A stretch of DNA of 64,000 nt. It comes from an uncultured Chloroflexia bacterium (lineage in GTDB: Bacteria > Chloroflexota > Limnocylindria > Limnocylindrales > CSP1-4). The notes beneath the pieces were generated by a model. It made no database searches, was not told where the DNA came from, and saw nothing but the letters and a program-made list of their open reading frames with translations. The translations under genes were made by a program, and so were the position numbers. Shown here piece after piece: positions 1 through 9,477 of the stretch. Location: contig CAVYIV010000015.1 of assembly GCA_963768675.1 (NCBI GenBank), forward strand, positions 23,586-87,585, given 5' to 3'. Position 1 is the first letter of the stretch. Every line of letters starts with the position of its first letter.

Positions 1-1407
1 ACCGTAGTCCACGTCGAGGACGGCGATCCCGCGGGTCGCCAGGATCTGGATGGTGACCGCGAGCCCCGAGTAGGCGGCCGCCGTTGGGCCGCCGTGGCTG
101 GTCACGAGGAGGGGCGGTAGCTCGCCATCCGGGGCACGGAAGGCGCGGTTGTGCGGCCGATACAAGATCCCGTGGGCGACCCGTCCACCGGTCGTCGGAA
201 ACTCGACGGGCTCGGGTGCCGAGAGGTCGGCCGGATCGAGCTCGGCCTCGGATGCGCGGCGCAGCACCTCGACCGATCCGTCGGTGAGGTTGACCACCAC
301 GACCGACCGGAAGGCCGCCGGTGCGGCGGCAAGGCAGACGAGGCGGTCGCCGTGGACGCCCAGGTAGTCCAGCTCGGTGAACTCGAGGGGGATCTCCCGG
401 GGCTCGCGCCCGCTGCCGGGATCGATCCGGAAGAGGCGATCGCGCCCGTCGGAGCGGGCAGCCGCGACGATCGTCCCGTCGGCGGCGAAGCCAAAGTCGG
501 AGTAGCCCAGGTTCCACTCCGGTCCGCCGATCTCGGCGCGCATCGGTGCCACCAGCATGAGGCGCGGGGAGCCTGCCGCCGCTCCGTCGAGCTCGACGCG
601 GTACAGGTTCAGCCAGTCGTCCAGCTCTGCGGCGAGGTGCAGCACGCCCGACGGGGACCAGGTGGGTTGCGTCACCCAGGTCCGCGCGTCGCCTGCGACC
701 ACCGTCTCCGCGCCGAGCCGGCCGTCCTCCCCGACCCTCGCGACAACGCACTCCGTTCCGTCCCACGGCATGTTCGGGTGGTTCCAGCGGGTCCAGGCCA
801 GGTGCCCGCCGTCGGGGGAGAGGCGCGGCGCGGCGACGAAGTCGGAGCCGCCGGCGAGGACCACGATGCGGGCCGGATCGTCCGCGGCCGAGCCGTCGAG
901 CGGGATGGCCACGAGCTCGTTGACGGCCTCCCGGCCATCCTGCGTGTGATCCTCGCGGACGCAGATCAGCCGGCCGCGGGAGAGATCGAGGCAGGGATCC
1001 GCGTACCGCCAGCGCCCGTCGGGTGTGATCGGCGTCGATGCCCGCTCGGCGTCGAGGCGGATCAGGCGCCCGGTGGCGAAATCCGAGATGACGACGAGAT
1101 CGCCGGCCGCAAGGTAGGCCCCGCCCCCGTACTCCTGGACACGTGTCCGAACGTTGATCCCGGGCGGGCTGACGTCGCGGATGCCGGCGTCGCGAGTCCA
1201 GCGGACCAGCGTCTGCCGGCCGCCGTCGTCGCCGCGACCCTCCAGCCAGGTGATCGACTCGCCGTCCCAGCGCGGTTCGGCGAGTCGCACGAACCCGGCT
1301 GCCACCAGCTCGAGGGCCACCGGCGACCGCCAACTGCCGTAGCGGGCCACGACCCGCGCGACCGCTCCGTCGGCTGCCGAAAACGCATCCGTCGATCGAA
1401 CAGTCAT
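1..1407 (-). CDS. S9-family serine peptidase (prolyl oligopeptidase/acylaminoacyl-peptidase-like), N-terminal part; C-terminus lies beyond the window start
   Basis: Own translation of the minus strand; the ORF is open to the window edge and so is absent from the ORF track. ATG at 1405-1407 (MTVRSTDAF...). One uninterrupted frame ends ...PPLLVTSHGGPTAAAYSGLAVTIQILATRGIAVLDVDYG, typical of the propeller-to-hydrolase junction of S9 peptidases. The catalytic triad is outside the window. Confidence 0.7.
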   Translation of the reverse strand, partial: MTVRSTDAFSAADGAVARVVARYGSWRSPVALELVAAGFVRLAEPRWDGESITWLEGRGDDGGRQTLVRWTRDAGIRDVSPPGINVRTRVQEYGGGAYLAAGDLVVISDFATGRLIRLDAERASTPITPDGRWRYADPCLDLSRGRLICVREDHTQDGREAVNELVAIPLDGSAADDPARIVVLAGGSDFVAAPRLSPDGGHLAWTRWNHPNMPWDGTECVVARVGEDGRLGAETVVAGDARTWVTQPTWSPSGVLHLAAELDDWLNLYRVELDGAAAGSPRLMLVAPMRAEIGGPEWNLGYSDFGFAADGTIVAAARSDGRDRLFRIDPGSGREPREIPLEFTELDYLGVHGDRLVCLAAAPAAFRSVVVVNLTDGSVEVLRRASEAELDPADLSAPEPVEFPTTGGRVAHGILYRPHNRAFRAPDGELPPLLVTSHGGPTAAAYSGLAVTIQILATRGIAVLDVDYG

Positions 1408-1414
1408 CGCCGGC

Positions 1415-2692
1415 CTACGTCCCACTCTTCCACGAGTTCGTGTAGGCCTCCTGCTCGGCCGTCATCCCGTCGATGTGGTGGCCGAGCGCCTCGAGCTTGA
1501 GGCGGGCGACCTCCTGGTCGATCGCCTCCGGGACGACGTACACCCTGCTCTCGAGATCGGCGTGGTGCCGGGCGACGTACTCCGCGCAGAGGGCCTGGTT
1601 GGCGAAGCTCATGTCCATCACCGCCGCCGGATGACCCTCGGCGGCGCCCAGGTTGACCAGCCGCCCTTCCGCGATCAGGTGCAGCTTCCTGGGCCCGAGG
1701 TCGAACTCCTGCACGTTCTCGCGGACCTCGCGGACATGGCCCTCGGCGAGGGCCCGGAGCGCCTTGAGATCCAGCTCGGCATCGAAGTGACCGCTGTTGG
1801 CCATGATCGCGCCGTCCGGCATGGCCACGAAGTGCTCGCGCCGGAAGACGTTCACGTTGCCGGTGGCGGTGATGAATAGCTCGCCCCACGGGGCCGCCTC
1901 GTCCACGGTCTTGACCTCGAAGCCATCCATCAGGGCTTCGAGCGCCCGCACCGGGTTGACCTCGACGACGGCCACGTGGGCGCCCATCCCCTTCAGCCGC
2001 GACGAGATCCCCTTGCCCACCCATCCGTAGCCGGCCACGACCGCATGCCGACCGGCCAGCAGGATGTTCGTCGCCCGCAGGATCCCGTCGATCGTGCTCT
2101 GGCCGGTCCCGTAACGGTTGTCGAAGAGGTGCTTGGTCTCCGCCTCGTTGACCGCGACGACGGGGAACCGCAGCGCCCCGTCCCGCGCCATCGCCCGCAG
2201 GCGGATCACGCCCGTCGTGGTCTCCTCGGTCCCGGCCATGACCTCGCCCAGCTGCCCAGACCGCTCGGCGTGAAGCAGCGAGACCAGGTCGCAGCCGTCG
2301 TCCATGGTCAGTTGGGGGTGCGTGTCCGCGACCGCGTTGAGGTGCGCGTAGTACGTCGCGCGATCCTCGCCGCGCCGCGCATAGGTGGAGATGCCGTAGT
2401 GGGCAGCGAGCGCGGCCGCCACGTCGTCCTTCGTGGAGAGCGGGTTGCTCGCTGCGAGCGCGACGTCCGCGCCGCCCGCGGCGAGCGTTCGCACCAGGTT
2501 CGCGGTCTCGGTCGTGACGTGGAGACACGCCGCGATCCGGAGGCCGCGGAGCGGCACCTCGCGCGCGAAGCGCTCGCGGATCAGACGCAGGACGGGCATC
2601 TCCCGCTCCGCCCACTCGATCCGCCGCACGCCTTCGGCGGCGAGCCCAGGATCGGTGACGTCGTGGGGCGGCAGGGAGCTCGGGATGGTCAT
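1415..2692 (-). CDS. ahcY: adenosylhomocysteinase (S-adenosyl-L-homocysteine hydrolase)
   Basis: 425-aa ORF with full-length family resemblance: [21 protein letters not shown]-binding [11 protein letters not shown]. Confidence 0.95.
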   Translation of the reverse strand: MTIPSSLPPHDVTDPGLAAEGVRRIEWAEREMPVLRLIRERFAREVPLRGLRIAACLHVTTETANLVRTLAAGGADVALAASNPLSTKDDVAAALAAHYGISTYARRGEDRATYYAHLNAVADTHPQLTMDDGCDLVSLLHAERSGQLGEVMAGTEETTTGVIRLRAMARDGALRFPVVAVNEAETKHLFDNRYGTGQSTIDGILRATNILLAGRHAVVAGYGWVGKGISSRLKGMGAHVAVVEVNPVRALEALMDGFEVKTVDEAAPWGELFITATGNVNVFRREHFVAMPDGAIMANSGHFDAELDLKALRALAEGHVREVRENVQEFDLGPRKLHLIAEGRLVNLGAAEGHPAAVMDMSFANQALCAEYVARHHADLESRVYVVPEAIDQEVARLKLEALGHHIDGMTAEQEAYTNSWKSGT

Positions 2693-2795
2693 GGCGGGCT
2701 GGGTCTCCGGGGTGCGGATGGGCGGTCGGCCGCGCGAGCGCGGTCGTGGCCACTGATTATGCCCGACCTCGGGGCGGCGGCCCCCCTCGGCGCGC

Positions 2796-3668
2796 TCAGG
2801 TCTCGCTGCGTCCCAGCAGCCTCCTGATCGGGCCGGGGAGGGCGGCCAGCGGTCCGGCCGGGCCGCCCTGACGGTGGATCAGCCGCTCCTCGAAGCGAAC
2901 GTGCTCCCGGTAGCCCAGCTTCGCGTAGGCCTGGAGGGCCGGCGGGTTGTCCGAGCGCACGTTGAGCACGACCTGGTCGCAGAAGCGAAGCAGGTCCGCG
3001 GTCACCGCCCCGGTGACCGCCGTCGCATAGCCGCGGCCGCGGAAGTCCGGGTGGGTCATGACGTTCCCGACCACGCCGAGCCGCGCCTCGGCCGAGATGA
3101 CGTGCGTGCCGGCTGCGCTCACAAGGCGCCCACCCACGCGGATGCCGTAATAGACGCCCTCGGCGACCGCCGTGGGCGGGAGCCACGCGGTGAACCCGAG
3201 CTGGTACAGGCGGTTCAGGTCGCCGACCTCCACGGGCAGGAGTCGCGCGACCTCCGCCGGGCACGGCCGGAAGATGCTGCGGTCGACCCACATCCGGACC
3301 ATCAGCGGGCCCGGCTCGGCGCGGTAGATGCCGCCGATGGCCGAGAGGTGCTCGGTCCGCGCCGCCAGGTAGGCGGCCCTCGGCCGGATGAGCACGCGCA
3401 GGATCGCCGCGATCCCGGCATTCTCGCCCATGACGAAGACCGGCTGGGGCGCGAGGCCCGCGTACTCCAGGACGACCGCAATGGGGTCCGACCCGGCGAA
3501 CGCCACGCCCCAGCGCGTTCGCCCGAACTCGCGGTCGTCGAGGTCGCAGAGCGCGTACGCCGCGTAGAGGCGGTCGCGCTCGAGGAAGCTGCGCAGGAGC
3601 GCGCGATCGACCGAGGGCCGAACCACCAGGCCCGGCCCGGCATCGGTGTGCGTGGCGGGTACGGCCAT
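2796..3668 (-). CDS. GNAT-family N-acetyltransferase
   Basis: C-terminal GNAT core ([17 protein letters not shown]...QAYAKLGY). Start set at ATG 3666-3668 (MAVPATH...), which overlaps the upstream stop as ATGA. The ORF-track start at 3827 would run 160 nt into the upstream gene. Confidence 0.75.
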   Translation of the reverse strand: MAVPATHTDAGPGLVVRPSVDRALLRSFLERDRLYAAYALCDLDDREFGRTRWGVAFAGSDPIAVVLEYAGLAPQPVFVMGENAGIAAILRVLIRPRAAYLAARTEHLSAIGGIYRAEPGPLMVRMWVDRSIFRPCPAEVARLLPVEVGDLNRLYQLGFTAWLPPTAVAEGVYYGIRVGGRLVSAAGTHVISAEARLGVVGNVMTHPDFRGRGYATAVTGAVTADLLRFCDQVVLNVRSDNPPALQAYAKLGYREHVRFEERLIHRQGGPAGPLAALPGPIRRLLGRSET

Positions 3669-5032
3669 CAGGCTTCCCCCCGGGCGAGCTCCGCCGCGTT
3701 CGCGAGCGCCGCCGCATATGGGGCCTGCAGCGGGCCGGCCTCCGTCACGATCGCGGTCACGAGCGCCGCCGGGATGACGTCGACGGACGGGTTCAGCGCC
3801 GCGGTGCCCTCCGGCGCGATCCGCCATCCGCGCAGCGCGAGGAACTCCTCGGCCGGTCGCGGCTCGGAGCGCAGCTCAGCCCCGCCGGCGGCCTCTCGAT
3901 CCCGCGTGGACAGTGGCGCGGCGACCAGGAACGGGATGGCCTGCCGGGCGGCGACGACGGCGAGCCCGTAGCTGCCCGGGTCACAGGCCACGTCGCCGTC
4001 GCGCGCGAACGCGTCGGCGCCGACGATGACCGCGTCCGCCTCGCCCCGCGCCAGCATGCCGGCAGCGGCCCCGTCGCCGACGAGCGCGAACGGAACCCCG
4101 GCCTGGGCCAGCTCCCAGGCGGCCAGCCGGGCGCCCGCCAGCCACGGCCGGCCCTCGGCGAGCAGGACCCGGACGTCGAGCCCGTCGTCGCGGAGCGCCC
4201 GGACGACCGCGAGCGCGGTGCCGACCTGGCCGCCCGCGAGCGCGCCGGTGCTCCCGATCGTCAGCACGCGGAGCGGCCCGCCGGCCGCCCGCCGGACGTC
4301 CGCAAGGAACGCCGCGCCGTGGGCGGCCAGGCGAGCGTGCGCCAGCGTCGCCTCGACGATGATCGCCTCGGCCTCCTCGCGCAGGCTCGCCGACACCCGT
4401 GCCGCCTCCGGCTCCGGCTCGGCAAGCGACGCAAACCGGCGGAGCATCCGGTCCATCGCGTTACGGACGGGCGCGGCGGTCGGGGCGGCGTTGCGAAGGG
4501 CGTTCGCAGTGCCGAAGAGGATCGCGCGGCGAGCCGCGGGCGAGGCGGCAACCGAGCGAGCGGCCGTGAGGGCCAGCCCGCACGCGGCCACCTGGCCCAG
4601 GAGCGGTGCGCCCCGGACCACGGACTCGCGGATCGCCTGGGCCACGTCGGACCCGGAGACGCACGCGAGCTCGACAAGCTCCTCGGGAAGGCGACGCTGG
4701 TCGAGCAGGATGAGGACCTCCGGTTCGAAGCGAAAGGCGCTTCGAAACCCGGCAGGCGGTCCGGCGGCCGTCCGTTCGTCGGCGCCGACCGCGGCCGACG
4801 CCGACGGCGAGGCGCCGAGCAGCGCACCCGCCATCTCGGCGGACTGGTCGCGCAATGCATTCGCCGCCCCGACGACCGTCGCCGCGGTCCGCATCGCGTC
4901 CGCCGCGAACGACCGGAAGAACCGCCGGCGGTCGAGCCGCCGCGCGTCGTCCGGGTCGATGGACGCGCCATCCGCCGGAGCGGAGGTCCCCGGCGTGACC
5001 GGTTCCGGCACGGGGCGTCGCTCTTCGGTCAC
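3668..5032 (-). CDS. eIF-2B alpha/beta/delta-family protein (methylthioribose-1-phosphate isomerase MtnA-like, divergent) with a roughly 100-aa N-terminal extension
   Basis: 454-aa ORF. The family core runs from FRFEPEVLILLDQRRLPEE through VRGAPLLG, GTALAVVRAL, IVGADAFARDGD and FLVAAPLSTRD. The N-terminus carries an RRRFFRSF motif. Confidence 0.75.
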   Translation of the reverse strand: MTEERRPVPEPVTPGTSAPADGASIDPDDARRLDRRRFFRSFAADAMRTAATVVGAANALRDQSAEMAGALLGASPSASAAVGADERTAAGPPAGFRSAFRFEPEVLILLDQRRLPEELVELACVSGSDVAQAIRESVVRGAPLLGQVAACGLALTAARSVAASPAARRAILFGTANALRNAAPTAAPVRNAMDRMLRRFASLAEPEPEAARVSASLREEAEAIIVEATLAHARLAAHGAAFLADVRRAAGGPLRVLTIGSTGALAGGQVGTALAVVRALRDDGLDVRVLLAEGRPWLAGARLAAWELAQAGVPFALVGDGAAAGMLARGEADAVIVGADAFARDGDVACDPGSYGLAVVAARQAIPFLVAAPLSTRDREAAGGAELRSEPRPAEEFLALRGWRIAPEGTAALNPSVDVIPAALVTAIVTEAGPLQAPYAAALANAAELARGEA

Positions 5033-5057
5033 CGACCCGCCGCCGCTCGGGCTCGCG

Positions 5058-5579
5058 TCAGTACGTGATGACCGAGGTGACCGCCTGGCCGGACAGCCGG
5101 TCGCGGCCCTTGAGAAATCCGAGCTCCACGAGAAACGCCAGCCCGACGATCTCGCCCTTCAGCCGCTGGACCAGCTCCACCGTCCCGTTCACCGTTCCGC
5201 CGGTCGCGAGCAGGTCGTCCACGATCAGGACCTTCATCCCGGGCTGGATCGCGTCGCGGTGGACCTCGAGCGTGTTGGAGCCGTACTCGAGCGCGTACTC
5301 GACGCTGATCGTCTCGGCCGGCAGCTTGCCCAGCTTGCGTACGGGAACGAGGCCGGCGCCGAGCTGGTACGCCATCGGGGCGGAGAAGATGAAGCCCCGC
5401 GATTCCATCCCGACCACGACGTCGATCGCCCTGCCCGTGTAGGGCGCGAGCATCGCGTCGATCGCCGCGCGATATGCGACGGGGTCCTTGAGAAGCGTGG
5501 TGATGTCGTAGAAGAGAATGCCTGGCTTCGGGAAGTCCGGGATCTCGCGGATCTTCGCGCGAAGCTCGTCCGGCGTCAT
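5058..5579 (-). CDS. apt: adenine phosphoribosyltransferase
   Basis: PRTase motif VLIVDDLLATGGT and full-length Apt resemblance. Start set at ATG 5577-5579 (MTPDELRAKIREIPDFPKPGILF), 12 codons inside the ORF-track start. Confidence 0.93.
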   Translation of the reverse strand: MTPDELRAKIREIPDFPKPGILFYDITTLLKDPVAYRAAIDAMLAPYTGRAIDVVVGMESRGFIFSAPMAYQLGAGLVPVRKLGKLPAETISVEYALEYGSNTLEVHRDAIQPGMKVLIVDDLLATGGTVNGTVELVQRLKGEIVGLAFLVELGFLKGRDRLSGQAVTSVITY

Positions 5580-5657
5580 TGCTGCTGGGAACCTCCGATG
5601 GCGCGGTGCGGGCACGATCGCGCATGCGGTTCGAACGAGGTGGGCGCCCGCGAGAGT

Positions 5658-7427
5658 CTACCGCAGAGCGGCGCCCTCCCGGTCGGCGAGGCTCGCCGCG
5701 AGCGCGACGAGGCCGGCGCGAACGTCGGCGGCCGTCGGGCCGGCGAGCGCGATCCGGGCGGCCTCTTCGAGCGCGGCTGCGTCCGCCGACCGAATGGCGC
5801 GCCGGACGCCGGCCAGGCTCGACGCCGCCATGCTCAGCTTGCGGACGCCCAGCCCCACGAGCGCAAGCGCCGCGACCGCGTCGCCGCCCATCTCGCCGCA
5901 GACCGAGAGCGTGGCGCCGGCGGCGGCGCACGCCTCCACGGACCGGCGGATCAGGCGAAGTACGGCGGGGTGGAGCGATTCCTGGTAGCGGGCCAGCGCC
6001 ATGTTGCCGCGGTCGACGGCCACCGTGTACTGGAGCAGGTCGTTGGTCCCGAGGCTCGCGAACGCGAGGCGCGGGAGATACGTATCCCCCACCAGGATGG
6101 CCGACGGGATCTCGAGCATGACCCCCAGCGCGATCTCGCCATGCGGGACACCGACCGCCACGAGGCTCTCGCGGGCCTGCCCGGCTAGGCGCAGCAAAAG
6201 GTCGGCGTCGCGGGCGTCGGCGATCATCGGCGCCATGGCCCCGACGGTCCCCGCCGGCGTGCCGGCTGCGGCGCGCATCATCGCTCGCAGCTGGGTCAGG
6301 AAGATCTCCGGCTGGTCCCAGCCGAGACGGAGGGCGCGTACTCCGAGGAACGGGTTTGCCTCGGGCGCGATTGGGACGTACGGGATCGGCTTGTCGCCGC
6401 CCACGTCGAGGAGGCGGATGGTGACTGGGTGCGGGGCGAATGCCTCGACGACCGCCCGGTAGGCCGTCAGCTGCTCCTCCTCGGATGGCGGCGCGCTGCG
6501 CTCGAGGAAGAGGAACTCCGTGCGGAAGAGCCCGACGCCGTGGGCCCCGAGCTCCACGGCACGGGCGGACTCGCCCGGCCCGCCGATGTTGGCGAGCAGC
6601 GTCACCTCCAGGCCGTCGCGGGTGACGGCCGGAAGGGCGGCCTCCTCGAGCGCCCGGGCGGTCGCCGACGCCGCACCTTGACGGGCTCGCTCGAACCGCG
6701 CGACCGTGTCGGCGTCCGGGTCCAGCACGACCTCCCCGGTGCTCCCGTCGAGCGCCACGACCATGCTCGGCTCGCGGGTCTCGCCGCCGGCGGCGACGAT
6801 CGCGTCCAGCAGGCCCGCGAGGCCGACCACGGCCGGGATCCCGTAGGCCCGGGCGAGGATAGCCGCGTGCGCGGTCGCCGAGCCTTCGGCGAGGGCGATC
6901 CCCAGCATGCGGTCGCGCGGGAGCGTCGCCGTGAGCGACGGTGTCAGGTCCGCGGCGGCGATGATCGAGGGCCGCTCGAGCGCCGGGCCGGCGTGGCTGC
7001 GGCCCGCCAGTCGATCCGCGATCCTGCCCGTGACGTCCAGGATGTCCGTCGACCGCGCCGCGAGCAGCTCGTCGTCCATGGCCCGGTACTCGGCGGCGAA
7101 CTGCTCGCCCGCGGCCCGGATCGCTGCGACGGCATCGTCGCCGGCGCGGATCCGGTCCTCGGCCGACTCCGCCAGCGCCGGGTCCTGGGCCAGCATCGCG
7201 TGGGCGCCGAAGATCTCCGCCTCGGCCGGGTGTTCCGCGCCCAGGCGCTCTGCGAGCGCCTCCAGCTCGGCTCCGGCCGCCTCCATGGCCGACACCAGCC
7301 GGGCGATCTCCGCGTCGGCCTGCCCGGCCTCGATCCGCCCACCCTGGTGAACGGCGGCCGGCCGGATCAAGGCGAGCGGACCGACGGCAACGCCGGCGGA
7401 CGCGGGAGTCCCGGTGAGCGCGTGCAT
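5658..7427 (-). CDS. ptsI: phosphoenolpyruvate-protein phosphotransferase (PTS enzyme I)
   Basis: 589 aa. Phospho-His region SATAHAAILARAYGIPAVV and PEP-binding GVGLFRTEFLF. GGAGG lies upstream of the ATG. Confidence 0.93.
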   Translation of the reverse strand: MHALTGTPASAGVAVGPLALIRPAAVHQGGRIEAGQADAEIARLVSAMEAAGAELEALAERLGAEHPAEAEIFGAHAMLAQDPALAESAEDRIRAGDDAVAAIRAAGEQFAAEYRAMDDELLAARSTDILDVTGRIADRLAGRSHAGPALERPSIIAAADLTPSLTATLPRDRMLGIALAEGSATAHAAILARAYGIPAVVGLAGLLDAIVAAGGETREPSMVVALDGSTGEVVLDPDADTVARFERARQGAASATARALEEAALPAVTRDGLEVTLLANIGGPGESARAVELGAHGVGLFRTEFLFLERSAPPSEEEQLTAYRAVVEAFAPHPVTIRLLDVGGDKPIPYVPIAPEANPFLGVRALRLGWDQPEIFLTQLRAMMRAAAGTPAGTVGAMAPMIADARDADLLLRLAGQARESLVAVGVPHGEIALGVMLEIPSAILVGDTYLPRLAFASLGTNDLLQYTVAVDRGNMALARYQESLHPAVLRLIRRSVEACAAAGATLSVCGEMGGDAVAALALVGLGVRKLSMAASSLAGVRRAIRSADAAALEEAARIALAGPTAADVRAGLVALAASLADREGAALR

Positions 7428-7440
7428 GGTCAGCCTCCGG

Positions 7441-8070
7441 TCAGCGGCGCCACTCGATGCGGCGCTCCGTGCCGCGAAGGAGGCGTGCGATGTTGTCGTG
7501 GTGGAAGATCCAGATCAGGGCGACTGAGCCGATCGCGTACACGTCGTATGAGGCCGGTAGGCCCTGGAGCGCGACGAGCGCGATCATCAGCAGCCCGCCG
7601 AACAGCGAGCCGGCCAGGGAGCCGAGTGACGAGATCCGGGTCGCGAGGATCACCCCCCCGAAGACCGGCAGGATCGCGAGGGAAACGAGCGGCTGGATGA
7701 CGACGAGCGTGCCCCAGGCAACGGAGACGCCGCGCCCGCCGCCGAAACCGATGTAGGGCGAGCGGCTGTGCCCGACGATCGCGACGAGGGCGCCCAGCAC
7801 CTCGAACTCCGGCCCGAAGCCGAGCAACCGGGGAATGAGCACGGCGACGCTGCCCTTGGCGGCGTCGAGGAGCCCCGACACGAGCGCCCACCGCGGCCCG
7901 ATCGCGCGAAGTGTGTTCGCGCCACCGGTGCGCCCGCTGCCGATGCTCCGCGGGTCCCGCCCGCCCACGAGGCGCGCCACGACGATCCCGAACGGTATCC
8001 CGCCGATGAAATACGCGGCCGCCGCCGTAATCACGGCCGCAAGCACCGATCCAGGCTCCACGCCCGGCAT
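7441..8070 (-). CDS. plsY: glycerol-3-phosphate acyltransferase PlsY (acyl-phosphate dependent)
   Basis: 209 aa, multi-pass hydrophobic. GSGRTGGANTLRA matches the GSGNxGxxN-type PlsY motif; also LLDAAKG. Confidence 0.9.
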   Translation of the reverse strand: MPGVEPGSVLAAVITAAAAYFIGGIPFGIVVARLVGGRDPRSIGSGRTGGANTLRAIGPRWALVSGLLDAAKGSVAVLIPRLLGFGPEFEVLGALVAIVGHSRSPYIGFGGGRGVSVAWGTLVVIQPLVSLAILPVFGGVILATRISSLGSLAGSLFGGLLMIALVALQGLPASYDVYAIGSVALIWIFHHDNIARLLRGTERRIEWRR

Positions 8071-8125
8071 TATCGGCGCCGCGGGTCACGCCCGGCAGAT
8101 CGATCCGCGCCGGCCCGCATCGCCG

Positions 8126-8410
8126 TCAGGCGAGCGACTCCCCGAGCCCGCTCTCCACGGCCGCGCGAAGCACCTCGAGCGCCGCGTCCTCGTCCGGACC
8201 ATCCGCGCTCACCTCGATCTCATGGCCCTGCTTGATCTTGAGCGCCGTCACGGCGAGCATGCTCCGCGCATCCACGGACGCCGACGCCGTGCTGAGGTTG
8301 CTGACGCGGACGGCCGTGCCGCGGTGGGCCGCCGCGGCCCGCACGAACGTGGCGCCCGGCCGCAGGTGGATGCCGGACGGGTTGCGGACCGTGAGCCGGA
8401 TCGTCTTCAT
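8126..8410 (-). CDS. ptsH: HPr-family phosphocarrier protein
   Basis: 94-aa reading frame inside a longer ORF-track entry: MKTIRLTVRNPSGIHLRPGATFV (His-15 region). GGAGGAACC lies just upstream. The ATG overlaps the upstream stop (ATGA at 8407-8410). Confidence 0.9.
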   Translation of the reverse strand: MKTIRLTVRNPSGIHLRPGATFVRAAAAHRGTAVRVSNLSTASASVDARSMLAVTALKIKQGHEIEVSADGPDEDAALEVLRAAVESGLGESLA

Positions 8411-9477
8411 GGGTTCCTCCAGGTGGACGAACGATCGTCGATCTCGGACAGGAGCGCAACGGGTCGACCGCGCGTCCGCTCCCACGCGGACGGGTCGGCG
8501 GAGGCGGCCTCCACCAGGGTGGCGAGCGCCGCGTTGACCGGTGCGGGCACCCCAGCCGACTCGCCGGCCCGGGCGACGCCGCCGTTCAGCCAGGCGACCT
8601 CCGACGGCCCGCCGCCGGCCCGCAGATGGAGCAGCAGCGACGGCGCCTTCCCGCCGCGCGCGCCGCCGACCACCCGGCGCAGGACGGGGTACGCGAGGGC
8701 GGCGGGAGCCCGGTATCCCGCGGCGAGCCAGCGGACGTCGGCACCGGGGAGGCGCACCGGCGAGAAGCCGAGCGCGTGCATCACCCCGAGCGCCTCGAGG
8801 ACCGCTGCCCGCTCGACGGCGAACAGCCGCCGGTCGGCGTAGACGGCTGCCGCGTCGCGGTCCAGGAGGGCCGGCACCGCGTTCGCGACCATGTTCGTGA
8901 GCAGCTTCGACCACTTCATGGCGTGCCAATCGCCGACGACCGCGGCCGGCAGCCCGGCCTGGCCCAGCGCCCCCAGGATCGCGGCCTCGGTAGCGTGCGT
9001 ATCGCCCTGCACGTGGCCGAGGGCCAGACCGCGGTGCTTCCGCCAGGCCAGTGTGCCGTCCGCCTTCCGGTCCACCGGCGCCGTGAGCGACCCCGCAAGG
9101 AGCGGCGCGGCCGGGCGGGCGGCCACGACCGTCTGCTCGGCACCGATCCCGTTCTCGAGGGTGACGAGCGTGACGTTCGGCCATGCGGCACAGGCCGCGA
9201 TCGCGGCGCCGAGGTCGGGCATCTTGACGGCGAGGACCACGTAGGCCGGACGGTCTAGGGCGGCCGTCCCGTCCGTCCGCTCCACGGTGGCGTGCCGCAG
9301 CTCACCGGCAGGTGTGCGGACGACGATCTCGGCGGGACCCCGGAAGGTTCCGGGCCTGTCGACGAGCGTGACGCGCTCGCCGGCTCGAGCGAGCAGCGCC
9401 GCCACGAACGAGCCGACCGCGCCTCCCCCGAGGATCACCACGCTCGGGCTCGGCCCGGCGGGCAGGGACGGGGTCAC
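8407..9477 (-). CDS. ketopantoate reductase (PanE/ApbA)-family NAD(P)-dependent oxidoreductase
   Basis: 356 aa with N-terminal Rossmann VVILGGGAVGSFVAALLARAG and PanE/ApbA-like length and layout. The GTG start overlaps the dhaM stop (GTGA at 9474-9477). Confidence 0.8.
   Translation of the reverse strand: MTPSLPAGPSPSVVILGGGAVGSFVAALLARAGERVTLVDRPGTFRGPAEIVVRTPAGELRHATVERTDGTAALDRPAYVVLAVKMPDLGAAIAACAAWPNVTLVTLENGIGAEQTVVAARPAAPLLAGSLTAPVDRKADGTLAWRKHRGLALGHVQGDTHATEAAILGALGQAGLPAAVVGDWHAMKWSKLLTNMVANAVPALLDRDAAAVYADRRLFAVERAAVLEALGVMHALGFSPVRLPGADVRWLAAGYRAPAALAYPVLRRVVGGARGGKAPSLLLHLRAGGGPSEVAWLNGGVARAGESAGVPAPVNAALATLVEAASADPSAWERTRGRPVALLSEIDDRSSTWRNP

Noticed and set aside
151-1500. Long Arg/Gly/Pro-rich ORFs antisense to or out of frame with recognisable genes (also 4026..6188, 9872..11767, 22898..26944, 33193..34791, 58514..61696 and many shorter ones)
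   Set aside because: They are shadow ORFs, typical of high-GC DNA. They have no family resemblance and a biased Arg/Pro/Gly composition, and each overlaps a gene with clear motifs on the other strand or frame.
3668-5032. Genuine Tat-exported MtnA-like enzyme
   Set aside because: The RRRFF motif is followed by a weakly hydrophobic, charged segment rather than a clear h-region and cleavage site, and the family is cytoplasmic. It is reported only as an odd extension.
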